A stretch of 64,000 nucleotides of DNA from Minisyncoccia bacterium (GCA_049997875.1 JBEKRC010000001.1:14775-78774); one strand, 5' to 3'; positions 16,929 to 26,725 are shown, counted from the stretch's first letter. Numbers and translations are program-made. The notes: generated from the letters alone by a model not told the origin.

Positions 16929-17897
16929 TCACTGTTCTAAATATTTAACTGTATTTTGGTGTTGTTCGTCAATGGTACGCGCAAAGATGGTTTTCCCCGT
17001 CTTCGGGTCGCTTATATAAAACCAATAGGGAGAGCTTGTGGGCGTGAGCGCTGCTTGGATCGCCGAAATGCCGGGATTTCCAATGGGGCCGGGGGGGAGC
17101 CCCTTGTATAAGTAGGTATTATAGGGGGAATCAATTTTCAAGTCAAGGGCGGCGCAGTCCGGAGCAGTAAACGGTTCTGCGGCCTGCAACGCGTAGCACG
17201 CTGTCGCGTCGGCCTGGAGCGGCATGTGGGCCTCAAGGCGCTTCCAAAGAATTCCCGCCACAATCTTTTGATCGGCGGGGTCTGCCACTTCTTTTTCTAC
17301 GATAGACGCCACAATAAGATCGCTCGTTGCATTCGCTTCGTCCCCCTGGAGGAGCGGCGCGGCTTTCACGTTAAAATCATCGGTCATTTTCTGCACCACA
17401 TCGCTCACCTCGGCATCGGTATAAAAGCGGTAGGTGTCGGGGAACAATGTTCCTTCCAAATCCTTCCCGCGCGCGAACGCAATGAGATCGCCGCGATGGA
17501 TCACAAGCGCATTGCCGAGGACCGCATCAATTTGATAAAGATTTGATCCTTCAGGAATAGTGACCGTTGTTTCCCTTCCTGACCCGATCGCGATCTCGCG
17601 AAGAATTTCCGGCGCCGACATCCCCGTATCCAATTTATACAAGCCCGGCTGCATGGAAAGCGCCGAACCATTGAGGAGAGAAAACGCTTCGGTCGCAAAC
17701 GCCGACCGCACGACGCCTGCATCGTGAAGCCGCCCGATGATCGTGCGGAACCCTTCTCCGGGCTTTATTTCAAAAACGACCGTGCCGTGAGCAGCGCTCG
17801 CTGGCCGCAGCTCGTACAAGAAAAATCCCAGTGCGGCGACGAGGAAGAAAAGCGCAAGTGAGCCAATAAAAAATTTTTTGGTGAGAAATGGCGGCAT
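16929..17897 (-). CDS. mltG: Endolytic transglycosylase MltG
   Basis: TIPEG, LEGTLFPDTY, ASIVEKE, SPYNTY..GLPPGPIGNPG. Confidence 0.95.
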   Translation of the reverse strand: MPPFLTKKFFIGSLALFFLVAALGFFLYELRPASAAHGTVVFEIKPGEGFRTIIGRLHDAGVVRSAFATEAFSLLNGSALSMQPGLYKLDTGMSAPEILREIAIGSGRETTVTIPEGSNLYQIDAVLGNALVIHRGDLIAFARGKDLEGTLFPDTYRFYTDAEVSDVVQKMTDDFNVKAAPLLQGDEANATSDLIVASIVEKEVADPADQKIVAGILWKRLEAHMPLQADATACYALQAAEPFTAPDCAALDLKIDSPYNTYLYKGLPPGPIGNPGISAIQAALTPTSSPYWFYISDPKTGKTIFARTIDEQHQNTVKYLEQ

Positions 17898-17906
17898 GTT
17901 TCAGAA

Positions 17907-18953
17907 CTAGGATCGCTTGCGGATGGAATTTACCACGGCCAGCAGGAAAAAATTCGCGAACATACTGGAACCGCCGTAGCTTACGAAAGGGAGCGTGACG
18001 CCCACGACCGGCGTAAGCCCCGTCGCCGACCCCGCATTCAGGAGAAACTGCACCCCGAGCATCATCGCGGTGCCGAGGCAGATGAATTTCTCAAAATTCT
18101 CGTCAGCGAGCGAGCCGACCTTCAAAATCTGGAACACCAAAAAGAACATGGCGCCGATGACGACGAGCCCTCCCGCAACCCCCCATTCCTCCACGATGCC
18201 CGCAAAGATGAAATCCTGCGAAGGCTCCGACAGGAATCCGAGCTCCGTCTGCGTCCCCTGCCCGTAGCCCTTGCCGAAAAATCCCGCCGAACCCACGGCT
18301 ATCTTCGCTTGTGTGGAACTGTAATTGATCCCCAGGAGGTCCTGCGCAGGATAGAGGAATCCGACGATCCGTGCGCGGTGATAATCCTTGAGAACGTAGA
18401 ACCACACCGCAGTGGCGGCGAGCGCAAATACGAGCACCGCGACCGCGAGGCGCCGGAGCGGAAGGCCGGAGAGAAGAAGAAATCCGAACCAGATTGCAAA
18501 AAAGATGACCGCCGAACCCATGTCCGGCAGGCGTACCGCTATGGCCGCGGGGATCAGAAAAAACACGAAAGAGGTGATAATATGCCTCCACCGCGCGACC
18601 GCCAAATGTCTTCGGCTGAAATACCACGCATAAAGGAAAATAAGGGCCACTTTCATCAGCTCAACCGGTTGGAAGCTGAACGGACCTACGAAAATCCAAC
18701 TCTTCACGTTTCTTATGGCAGGGCTAAATAAATACGTAAAAACAATGAGGAAAAGCGCAAGAAGATAAATCGCCCACACGACCCATCGCGCATTGAACAC
18801 CATCCGCCAATCCACGTAAAGAAACAGGGCGACAAGCCCTGCGCCTATTGCAACCCAGGCGATTTGAAAATAAAAAAGGTGGGGTGAAACGGCGGAAAGA
18901 AGCGTGAGGCCCGCCGCGATCAAAATGCCGAGAGGAATGAAAAGTGCAAGCAT
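17907..18953 (-). CDS. rodA: SEDS-family peptidoglycan glycosyltransferase (RodA/FtsW)
   Basis: FQPVELMK, PDMGSA, AVGSAGFFGKG, LPFVSYGGSS. Confidence 0.88.
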   Translation of the reverse strand: MLALFIPLGILIAAGLTLLSAVSPHLFYFQIAWVAIGAGLVALFLYVDWRMVFNARWVVWAIYLLALFLIVFTYLFSPAIRNVKSWIFVGPFSFQPVELMKVALIFLYAWYFSRRHLAVARWRHIITSFVFFLIPAAIAVRLPDMGSAVIFFAIWFGFLLLSGLPLRRLAVAVLVFALAATAVWFYVLKDYHRARIVGFLYPAQDLLGINYSSTQAKIAVGSAGFFGKGYGQGTQTELGFLSEPSQDFIFAGIVEEWGVAGGLVVIGAMFFLVFQILKVGSLADENFEKFICLGTAMMLGVQFLLNAGSATGLTPVVGVTLPFVSYGGSSMFANFFLLAVVNSIRKRS

Positions 18954-18972
18954 GCAAGAAATGCGCCACGGG

Positions 18973-19746
18973 CTACGACCGAAGCGCGTAGGCAAACATT
19001 TTCGTGAGAGCTGGCTCAATCGTGACGCCGGGCGTCGCAGGATACATGACGGAGAAATCCACCGTTTGGTTCGGCGCAATGGTATCAATCACGGTCTGCG
19101 AAGCCCCGACTGGTTCTCCCGCAACGCTGTAAAAAATGGCGACAATGAGCACGTGGCTGAACGACGCCACCTCTCCGTTCGTGAGGCGTCCCATGACCGT
19201 AATGGTGCTTGAGGACATCTCGCTCCCCGTGACCGGCAGCGGATTCCCGAACCGCGGCGCAAGACCCATCGCCGAGGCGGTTACCCAGTCCGGATTCTTC
19301 GCCGCGAGCACCGCGTGGTCCACGGTCGTCGTCTCCGCGACATTGGCGAGCAATAGATATTTCACCTCGCCCGCATAGACGAAGGAATGGTCCGGAAACG
19401 ATTGGAGAAGTGTCCCCGACGCATCGTAAAGATCAAATGAGTAGTCAAAGTAGCCTGCCGCGAAGCCGGTATTGTGATTTTCTATCTGCGCAAGAAATGT
19501 ATAGTACCCGGGATTCGGGATAAATACGGAGACATTGTCCGTGATAAGGCCGTCGGTACCCGCGGGGATGCATACCTTGGCGCACGGGCCGCCGCAGTCA
19601 ATACCGGCCTCTCCCTGGTTTTGGATGTTGTCAAAACAAGACGGTGCCTTCCGTATGAACGCAAAATAAACGCCGGCGATAATGCCGATGAAAACAATGA
19701 GATATGCCACGCCGTAAACCGCCTGTTTCGTCCTCCGCGAGGCCAT
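18973..19746 (-). CDS. Membrane-anchored hypothetical protein with Cys motif and Ig-like (FxLYD-like) domains
   Basis: N-terminal TM, CFDNIQNQGEAGIDCGGPC, FDLYD. Confidence 0.75.
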   Translation of the reverse strand: MASRRTKQAVYGVAYLIVFIGIIAGVYFAFIRKAPSCFDNIQNQGEAGIDCGGPCAKVCIPAGTDGLITDNVSVFIPNPGYYTFLAQIENHNTGFAAGYFDYSFDLYDASGTLLQSFPDHSFVYAGEVKYLLLANVAETTTVDHAVLAAKNPDWVTASAMGLAPRFGNPLPVTGSEMSSSTITVMGRLTNGEVASFSHVLIVAIFYSVAGEPVGASQTVIDTIAPNQTVDFSVMYPATPGVTIEPALTKMFAYALRS

Positions 19747-19793
19747 GCATCTATTGTACCGCCTTTTCGTTGTTACGTGCAGACAGATGAGCT

Positions 19794-20582
19794 TCAGCGA
19801 TTGTCTCGCTCCTTTCCCTTTTCAAGCTCCATCAGTTTCATGATTTCATCAACTCCTTCTTCAACCGTCTTTTCAATTTGATGAATCTCTGGATAATAAT
19901 CACCCCCAAATTCAACCCCTGGTTTTTTTTCTAGCTGCTGACCCATTTGCAATTTCAACTCGATATTAGAAATCTGTAATTGAATCTTTTGATCAATCTT
20001 ATTAAGGCGCTCAAACTCTTTCTCACGTTCTGCGGCTACCGCTTTTTCCTCTCTGCGTTCGACATATCTTTTTGAAACAGCACCTATCAATCCAGAAATA
20101 CTCATAAGCAAGGCCAGGGTGAGCGAAAGACGCATACGTCTTTCTTTTTTATACCTCCCGTGTTCGGTCTCAGCTCTTTTTATAAATCCCAGAAGATCCT
20201 TATTGATCTGAACTTTTTCTTCGGTGATATCTGGTGTTTCCCACCTTTTCCCTATCTCCGAGTTTATAACCTGGATGATGGTTTGCCGACGCTCTTCGGT
20301 CTCGCTGGGATCGATCAAAAGATCCAACGCATATTGGCGCTCCTTGACCCGCCTCCCATGGTGAAAATAGCCAGCCTCAATGGGCTCTATGCTGAACCCA
20401 CTAACAAATCCTTTTGAATGCAACTCGTCAGCAATTTTTTCCAACGCCTTCTGGTCCGTAAAAACCGTCCGAATCCTTACGGCTTCCACCATTTCAATTT
20501 CTTTCTTTTCCGGCGTGCCCATGTTCTCCGGCTCGCCCGGAACGCGTTCAGGCAGTTCCTCTTTGCTCATTGACTCCAACAT
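19794..20582 (-). CDS. Hypothetical protein: CutA-like domain, TM helix and coiled coil
   Basis: Pattern resembles CutA1 (EKIADEL...IEAGYFHHGR...WETPDI). Hydrophobic LSLTLALLMSISGLIGAV segment. Low GC. Confidence 0.65.
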   Translation of the reverse strand: MLESMSKEELPERVPGEPENMGTPEKKEIEMVEAVRIRTVFTDQKALEKIADELHSKGFVSGFSIEPIEAGYFHHGRRVKERQYALDLLIDPSETEERRQTIIQVINSEIGKRWETPDITEEKVQINKDLLGFIKRAETEHGRYKKERRMRLSLTLALLMSISGLIGAVSKRYVERREEKAVAAEREKEFERLNKIDQKIQLQISNIELKLQMGQQLEKKPGVEFGGDYYPEIHQIEKTVEEGVDEIMKLMELEKGKERDNR

Positions 20583-20632
20583 ACCAAATCTTATCCAAGG
20601 TTACAAATATGCTGCAAAAAAACGGCCCTTTG

Positions 20633-20751
20633 ATGTCGGCACATCCTACTTTCCCCGCAGGCGAACCCGCAAGTATCATGGGATCGGGGCGCTTTCACTT
20701 CTCTGTTCGGAATGGGAAGAGGTGGGACACGCCCGGATAGAGCACCGACAT
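20633..20751 (-). rRNA. rrf: 5S rRNA
   Basis: Minus strand has CCATTCCGAACAGAGAAGTGAAAG and GGAAAGTAGG with paired termini. Ends approximate. Confidence 0.93.
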
Positions 20752-20771
20752 CAAAAGGTCGTTTTGCATGA

Positions 20772-20929
20772 TGAGCGTGCATTTTGCAGACAGTACTCAG
20801 AAGGGCCGTCTGCAAAACGCACACTCACCATGTTCAACTCCATTTGTAGAAAATGGAACGAGCGCTTGCAAAATAGCTTTTGGACGAGAGCCCTTCCGAG
20901 TACTCTCGGACAAAAGCTATTTTGCAAGC
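20772..20929 (-). repeat. Two long hairpins in the 23S-5S spacer with mutually complementary loops
   Basis: Hairpins 20772-20827 and 20864-20929, loops 20792-20806 and 20890-20904. Confidence 0.75.
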
Positions 20930-21057
20930 ACGAAGTCAGCATTGGGATGGTTGGCGGGATTATTAGTACTCCTCGGCTGAAACCCTCGCGGGCCTTACAC
21001 CTGGAGCCTATCAACGTGGTAGTCTTCCACGAAATCACACACACCTAATCTTGGGGT

Positions 21058-21091
<34 letters not shown>

Positions 21092-21232
21092 CTTCCCTAC
21101 ATAGCTACCCGGCAGTTCAGTTGGTACCAAAGCCGGTAGACCAGAGGTAGGTTCAGCAAAGTCCTCTCGTACTAATGCCAACTCCCCTCAAGTGTAAACG
21201 CCTGCAGCAGATAGAGACCGACCTGTCTCACG

Positions 21233-21893
21233 CAATATATTACTTCACGTCATTACTGACGGTTTGGACTATACCACTATCTCGATCCGCATCGAGATAA
21301 TCGACGTTTTATGGAATTTTTCTTCCATCCAATCTTTTAGATTGAGTCTCTACGGGGTCAATGTATATAATTTTCGCTTCTTTGAATGATTTAATTCTCT
21401 GAAACGATCTACGGTCTTCATCAGCAGGTGAAAATCGTTTCGATCTTTCACCTCAGCTTTCTTATCTAAGATTTCCAGCATAAGCATTGCCTGTTCCTTT
21501 TTCAAAATGAGATATGGCTGGACCATTACGAGGAATGCGCGGATAGCGTCTTCTCTCGCGATGGTATATTCAACCATGCCGTCATTTCTCTCTCGGATAT
21601 ATCCGAGATCAATAAGAGAACAAATCTGCTCGAACTTTTTCAGTTCTTTCCAGAAATCCTGCAATATATGCTTTTTGTGCTGACGAAAGACTTTTACACA
21701 TGACTTCCCTCGGTATTATCCTATAACCATTCAGCGCATCAAAATACTTTTTAATATATTTTTAATGGTCATTATGGTATGCACGTCCACAGGTCATGGA
21801 CGATAGGACTTCACCGATATGAGTCAATTTTTTTCAATCCGCATTACTGCGAAAAGCCGCCGTGTTCGATCATCGTAAAGGGTTCTTTCGTTG
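21233..21893 (-). mobile_element. Group I intron at L2593 (E. coli numbering), 661 nt
   Basis: Interrupts CAGACCGT|CGTGAGACAG and ends in G. Core motifs TATCGGTGAA, AATACCGAG, GTAGAGACT, TATAGTCC. Confidence 0.92.
21350..21701 (-). pseudogene. Degenerate I-CreI-like LAGLIDADG homing endonuclease
   Basis: ATG at 21701 gives MCKSLSSAQKAYIAGFL and then breaks off. The C-terminal PYLILKKEQA...LNHSKKRK is in another frame. Confidence 0.85.
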
Positions 21894-22548
21894 ACGGTCT
21901 GAACCCAGCTCACGTGGGCTTTTAAATGGCGAACAGCCATACGCTTGGGAGCTTCTTCACCCCCGCGCTAGCCCGAGCCGACATCGAGGTGCCGAGCGAA
22001 GTCGTCGATAGGAACTCTCGGACTTCACCAGCCTGTTATCCCCGGAGTAGCTTTTATCCGGTGTCTCCGGCCTTTCTATCAAGAATGCCGTCGGGTCACT
22101 AACTTCTGCTTTCGCACCTGCTCGTCTTGTAGGACTCGCAGTCAAGCCGGCTTTTGCGTTTGCACGTCCTGCCCGATTTCCATCCGGGCTAAGCCGACCT
22201 TAATAAACTCCTCCGTTACTCTTTTGGAGGAAAACGCCCCATTTAAACTGCCTACCAAGCACTGTCTCGGTCGGGTTTATGCTTGCGCACTCCCCAATCG
22301 GTTAGACGTTAAAGTTTTAAAGATGGCTGTTTCATTGTCGGATCCACGATGCCCGAGAGCACCGCTTCAAATCCTCACCACTACGCTACGCAGTAAAACT
22401 CTAAAATCAATACCAAGCTGCAGTAAAGCTTCCGGGGTCTTTTCGTCCCGCTGCAGGTATCCCGCGTCTTCACGGGAATCGCATTTTCACCGAGCTTGCC
22501 TCTGAGACAGTTCTCCAGTCGTTACGCCTTTCGTGCGCTTCGGAACTT

Positions 22549-22749
22549 CATTCCTGTTGTCTTCGATTTCTCGAAGTGTCGGACTATATATTCATCCCGC
22601 CCATGCGGGAGCTTGCGTGTAGTCTCTACGGAGTCCCTGATCGAATCGGGGTTCCCTCGGTATTGCCCTATTTGCCTGTGCAAACGTAGGTTTCACCGAT
22701 ACAGCAAGTGCTTCAAGATCAATCACTTGATCAAGGGGCAAGTTTCCTT
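22549..22749 (-). mobile_element. Group I intron at L1951, 201 nt, no ORF
   Basis: Interrupts TTTCGGGT|AAGTTCCGA. P1 has a U-G pair (GGGU-AAG GAAA CUU-GCCC). Same core motifs as the L2593 intron, terminal G. Confidence 0.9.
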
Positions 22750-22769
22750 ACCCGAAAAGGAATTGCGCT

Positions 22770-23517
22770 CAATTGTGTTAATCTGCATGTCGCCATGCAG
22801 TTCGGACCATATCTTCCCGCGATGCGGGTTCGGCATATGGTCTCTGAGGATTCTAGAAACGGATTTTCTTTCGATTCGTTTTTGAAGCAATGGTAAGAAT
22901 TTTATTCCATCCATCTTCTTTGAGATGGAGTTTTTTACTCATCATTTCCACTACCTTTTTGAACAAAACAAAATCGTTTTGCTTATAGGTCTTTAATGGA
23001 AATTGATCAAAAAATGGAATAATTATTTCTTTCAATTCCGAAATTGATCTCACGCAGTATCGATAAAGATGTTCGTTGTGATTATCGCATCGTTTATTAA
23101 GGACGATACTGCCACACCCGAAGAACTCTTTTATCGCTACGAGGGCGTTTAAACTTTTTGCGCCTTGCGTGATAACAAATTCCGGGAATAGTTGCTTTCC
23201 GAATCGAGTGGTTGAATTTTTGATCACCGAAATAACGAAGCTACCTTCGCCGTCGGTAAATCCAGATATCCAACTTGCCGTTTTTAGTCTTTCCTGCTGA
23301 TTGTCTGCACCGATCATATTTTCACTATACTCATGAAACATTAAATTTCTCTAAAGTTTTCATGAAATACAGTAATGTCGGATGCTCAGATGTTCCAGCA
23401 TATAGCCGATTAAAGGATATTCTGCAGGGCAGAATAGGCTGCGCTTTTATTTTGTTGTACCAAAGCCATAATCGTTCCAATCCTCGCCAGCACCTTTAAT
23501 AAATAAAGACGCGGGCG
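22770..23517 (-). mobile_element. Group I intron at L1931, 748 nt
   Basis: Interrupts CTAAGGT|AGCGCAATT. Motifs AATCAGCAGG, TCAGAGACCA, AAGATATGGTCC, terminal G. Confidence 0.92.
22853..23341 (-). CDS. Single-motif LAGLIDADG homing endonuclease
   Basis: WISGFTDGEGSF, FFGCG, IIPFFDQFPLKTYK. Start may be 23317. Confidence 0.92.
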   Translation of the reverse strand: MFHEYSENMIGADNQQERLKTASWISGFTDGEGSFVISVIKNSTTRFGKQLFPEFVITQGAKSLNALVAIKEFFGCGSIVLNKRCDNHNEHLYRYCVRSISELKEIIIPFFDQFPLKTYKQNDFVLFKKVVEMMSKKLHLKEDGWNKILTIASKTNRKKIRF

Positions 23518-25132
23518 ACCTTAGAACGATTATAGTTATCGCTGACATTGACGAGGGCTTGAGTCAGTGAGCAATACATATTACTACATATCACCCCCAA
23601 CCTTGACCTTCTCGCATCGGTCAGGCGTCACCCCCTATACATCCTCTTGCGAGTTAGCAGGGAGCTGTGTTTTTGGTAAACAGTCGCCAGAGAAACTTTC
23701 GCTGCGGCTCCATCGAGACTGAAAGAAGGAAGGGAGGGGATCCTCCCTGAAGAATAATTTGGCCGGGCGGTGCACGACGCAGTAAAAACAAGGAGAGCCT
23801 AATCTCTTCATTCCTACTTGCAGTGAAACCGCGCACCACCCGATATGCCGTTTCCTTCTTTCAGCCCCGATAGAGCAGGCCATATTGCTAACGTACGGCC
23901 GCTTTTTTGCCGAGTTCCTTAGAGGCAAATCACTCGTTCCCCTTGGGCTTCTCGCCCTATCCACCTGTGTCGGTTTACGGTACGGATCCTTTGCAACGTA
24001 ACCGCCGCGCTTTTCTCGGAAGGCTCTTCGTGCGTGTTGATGAGGTAAATTCCTCACCTTCCGCCGATCCTTGTTGAACTTCGGACCAGCGATACCAAAC
24101 CAATAAGGCATACGCACCTATTTCCTTCGCACACGACGGATAATCACAAAGGAGGGCTGGAATATTAACCAGCATTCCATCAGCTGCGGCTTTCGCCATC
24201 GCCTTAGGATCGCCTAACCCGTGGTTGATTGCCAGTGCCACGGAAACCTTGGATTTTCGGGGTTCCAATTTCTCATTGGGATTGTGGTTACTCATACCAA
24301 CATTTTCTCTTCGTATCGCTCCACTCGCCCTCACGGGTCGGGCTTCACTGCAATACGAATGCTCTCCTACCACTCACCGATCCCGAAGGATCGGCGAATC
24401 CGTATCTTCGGTACCATGCTTAGCCCCGGTACATTTTCGGCGCCACCACCCGTCGAATAGTGAGTTGTTACACACTCTTTAAAGGATGGCTACCTCTAAG
24501 CCAACCTCCTATCTGTCTATGGGTGATGACTACCTTTAACACTTAGCATGGATTTGGGGACCTTAGATAACGGTCTGGGCTCTTCCCCTCGCGACCACGG
24601 AGCTTAGCCCCCGCAGTCTGACTAGTGCGGGATCCGCCTGCGGTATTCGGAGTTTGATTGATCGATCGGCCTTTCGGCCTTTACCGATCATCCAGTGCTC
24701 TACCCCCGCAGGATTTTCCGCACCGCTAGTCCTAAAACTATTTCGGAGAGAACCAGCTATTACCGAATTCGATTAGCTTTTCACTCCTTACCTCAGCTCA
24801 TCCGAGAGTTTTGAACAACTCACCAGTTCGGGCCTCCCCTTCGATTTCTCGAAGGTTCACCCTGGCCAAGGCAAGCTCATCCGGCTTCGGGTCTACCTTG
24901 TGCTGCGATCCCACTCAATAAATTGAGTGGGATGTACGCCCTATTAAGACTCGCTTTCGCTATGCCTGCACGCTATGCGCGTTTAGACAAGCAACACAAG
25001 ATAAGTCGTTGGCTCATTCTTCAATAGGCACATTGTCGCACCGCGCGGACACATTGCTGCGTCCACGCTTAGTGCTTCAATTCCTTGTAGACAAATGGTT
25101 TCAGGTTCTATTTCAACGGCCTCACCGGCCTG

Positions 25133-25169
<37 letters not shown>

Positions 25170-25859
25170 ATCTAGAAAAGTATTTAGCCTTACCTGATAG
25201 TACAGGCAAATTCCTTCGGGACTTATTTACCCCGAAGTACTCAAGTTGAAAAACTAAGGAGATCGTAAGTTTTCGCCTACGGGACTATCACCCTCTTTGG
25301 CCCCGCCTTTCCAGGCGGCTTCGGCTAACCAACGATTTTTTTACTCCTCCTTATTTCACCAATCGCCGAATCCCCGGGACGTGCCCGGAAACTCGGCGAC
25401 CAGTAAAACAGCGTCTCTCTCTTATAACCCCAAGGTCCGATCTTGCGATCAGAACCTTAGTTTAGGCTCTTCCCTGTTCTCTCGCCGATACTAAGGGAAT
25501 AAACTGATTTGTTCTATGTTCCTTTGGCTACTGAAATGTTTTACTTCGCCAAGTACGCGAATCGGCTTGCGCCGAAACAATTACGGTTTACGTAATTAGG
25601 TTTCCCCATTCGGACATCCCCGGATCACAGGTTGCTACGCACCTCCCCGAGGCGTATCGTCGCTACGCCACGTCCTTCATCGCCTTTTCTAGTCAAGGCA
25701 TCCACCATTCGCCCTTATTGAGATCCGTCTTGCGACGGAAATGCCAACCATCCCAATGCTGACTTTTACTTATTGAGACTGAGAGAAGGAGCGGAAAAGT
25801 TTGGTGATGGTTACCATTCCTCCGCTACTTTCAATATGTTGTTCTCCTGAGCCTGAGTT

Positions 25860-25934
25860 TGGAGCGCGAGACGGGATTTGAACCCGCGACTTCTGCCTTG
25901 GCAAGGCAGCACTCTACCGCTGAGTTACTCGCGC
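25860..25934 (-). tRNA. tRNA-Gly(GCC)
   Basis: GCGCGAG acceptor, CTGCC-TTGCCAA-GGCAG anticodon arm, encoded CCA. Confidence 0.95.
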
Positions 25935-25969
25935 TCACGACTCATGAGAAAAAAGAACCTTTCGAAGGC

Positions 25970-26045
25970 TGGCTGGCCCGACGGGATTCGAACCCGTGTT
26001 TCCACCTTGAACGGGTGACGTCTTAGCCGCTAAGACGACGGGCCA
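25970..26045 (-). tRNA. tRNA-Glu(TTC), atypical (G33, U1-A72, G73)
   Basis: TGGCCCG/CGGGCCA acceptor, TCACC-CGTTCAA-GGTGG anticodon arm, GTTCGAATC, CCA. Confidence 0.85.
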
Positions 26046-26383
26046 GCATAACATTCCTTCTCTCAGTCTCAATAAGACATACTCTGCTCGCCACGAGAAA
26101 TTGCCACGGAAAACAAAATTTAAAAATGCGATTATATTTTCCGGGGATCCCAACTCGCGCTGGGGTTAAGATGTGACGCAGAGCTTCTGCTATTACGCAC
26201 CTCCGACTCTACAATTCGGAGCCGCCCGATAGTTCATCCAGGCGAATGATGTTAAATTGCTCTTTTCATACGAATCCCAAGTAAAAAATCAGCCGCACAC
26301 GGCGGCTTATCCAGTGCGCAAAAACGCGCGGTTCAGCCGCTGTGATTTGAAAGATTTAATGCCTTGTCCATTCGTATCAGTCC

Positions 26384-26411
26384 ATTATACGCAGGCCCAA
26401 AAGCATGTCAA
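26384..26411 (-). promoter_or_regulatory. Consensus sigma70 rRNA-type promoter
   Basis: TTGACA-16 bp-TATAAT on the minus strand, with a boxA-like ATCTTTCAAA near 26346-26355. Confidence 0.85.
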
Positions 26412-26454
26412 GTGCCGTTTTCCTGACCACTTCCCTGTTCAATTCCCTAATCAA

Positions 26455-26612
26455 AAAGAATGTAAGCAGGGGTTTACAGCGGACCGCGCAGCCCCGATTG
26501 GCTAGGTCCGAAATGCCATTGCGTGCATTTCGGCAATCGGGGCGAGCGACAAGAAAAAATTCTCGCAGGAAGAATTTTATTCTGGCGCTGTAAACCCCTG
26601 CTTACATTCTTT
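26455..26612. mobile_element. MITE/REPIN-like element with 27-bp perfect terminal inverted repeats
   Basis: AAAGAATGTAAGCAGGGGTTTACAGCG at 26455-26481 and its reverse complement at 26586-26612, with internal hairpins. Confidence 0.65.
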
Positions 26613-26613
26613 G

Positions 26614-26684
26614 TCGGGCCGCTGGGAATCGAACCCAGACCGCACGCACCCGAAGCGTGTATACTGCCACTATACGACGGCCCG
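26614..26684 (-). tRNA. tRNA-Pro(CGG)
   Basis: CGGGCCG acceptor, CACGC-TTCGGGT-GCGTG arm, GTTCGATTC. Confidence 0.95.
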
Positions 26685-26725
26685 TTATCTAAAGTATTTA
26701 ACCTTCTTTCCGGAAATAATTCAAC

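Noticed and set aside
26258-26270. TGCTCTTTTCATA boxA-like sequence
   Set aside because: It is on the strand opposite to rRNA transcription.
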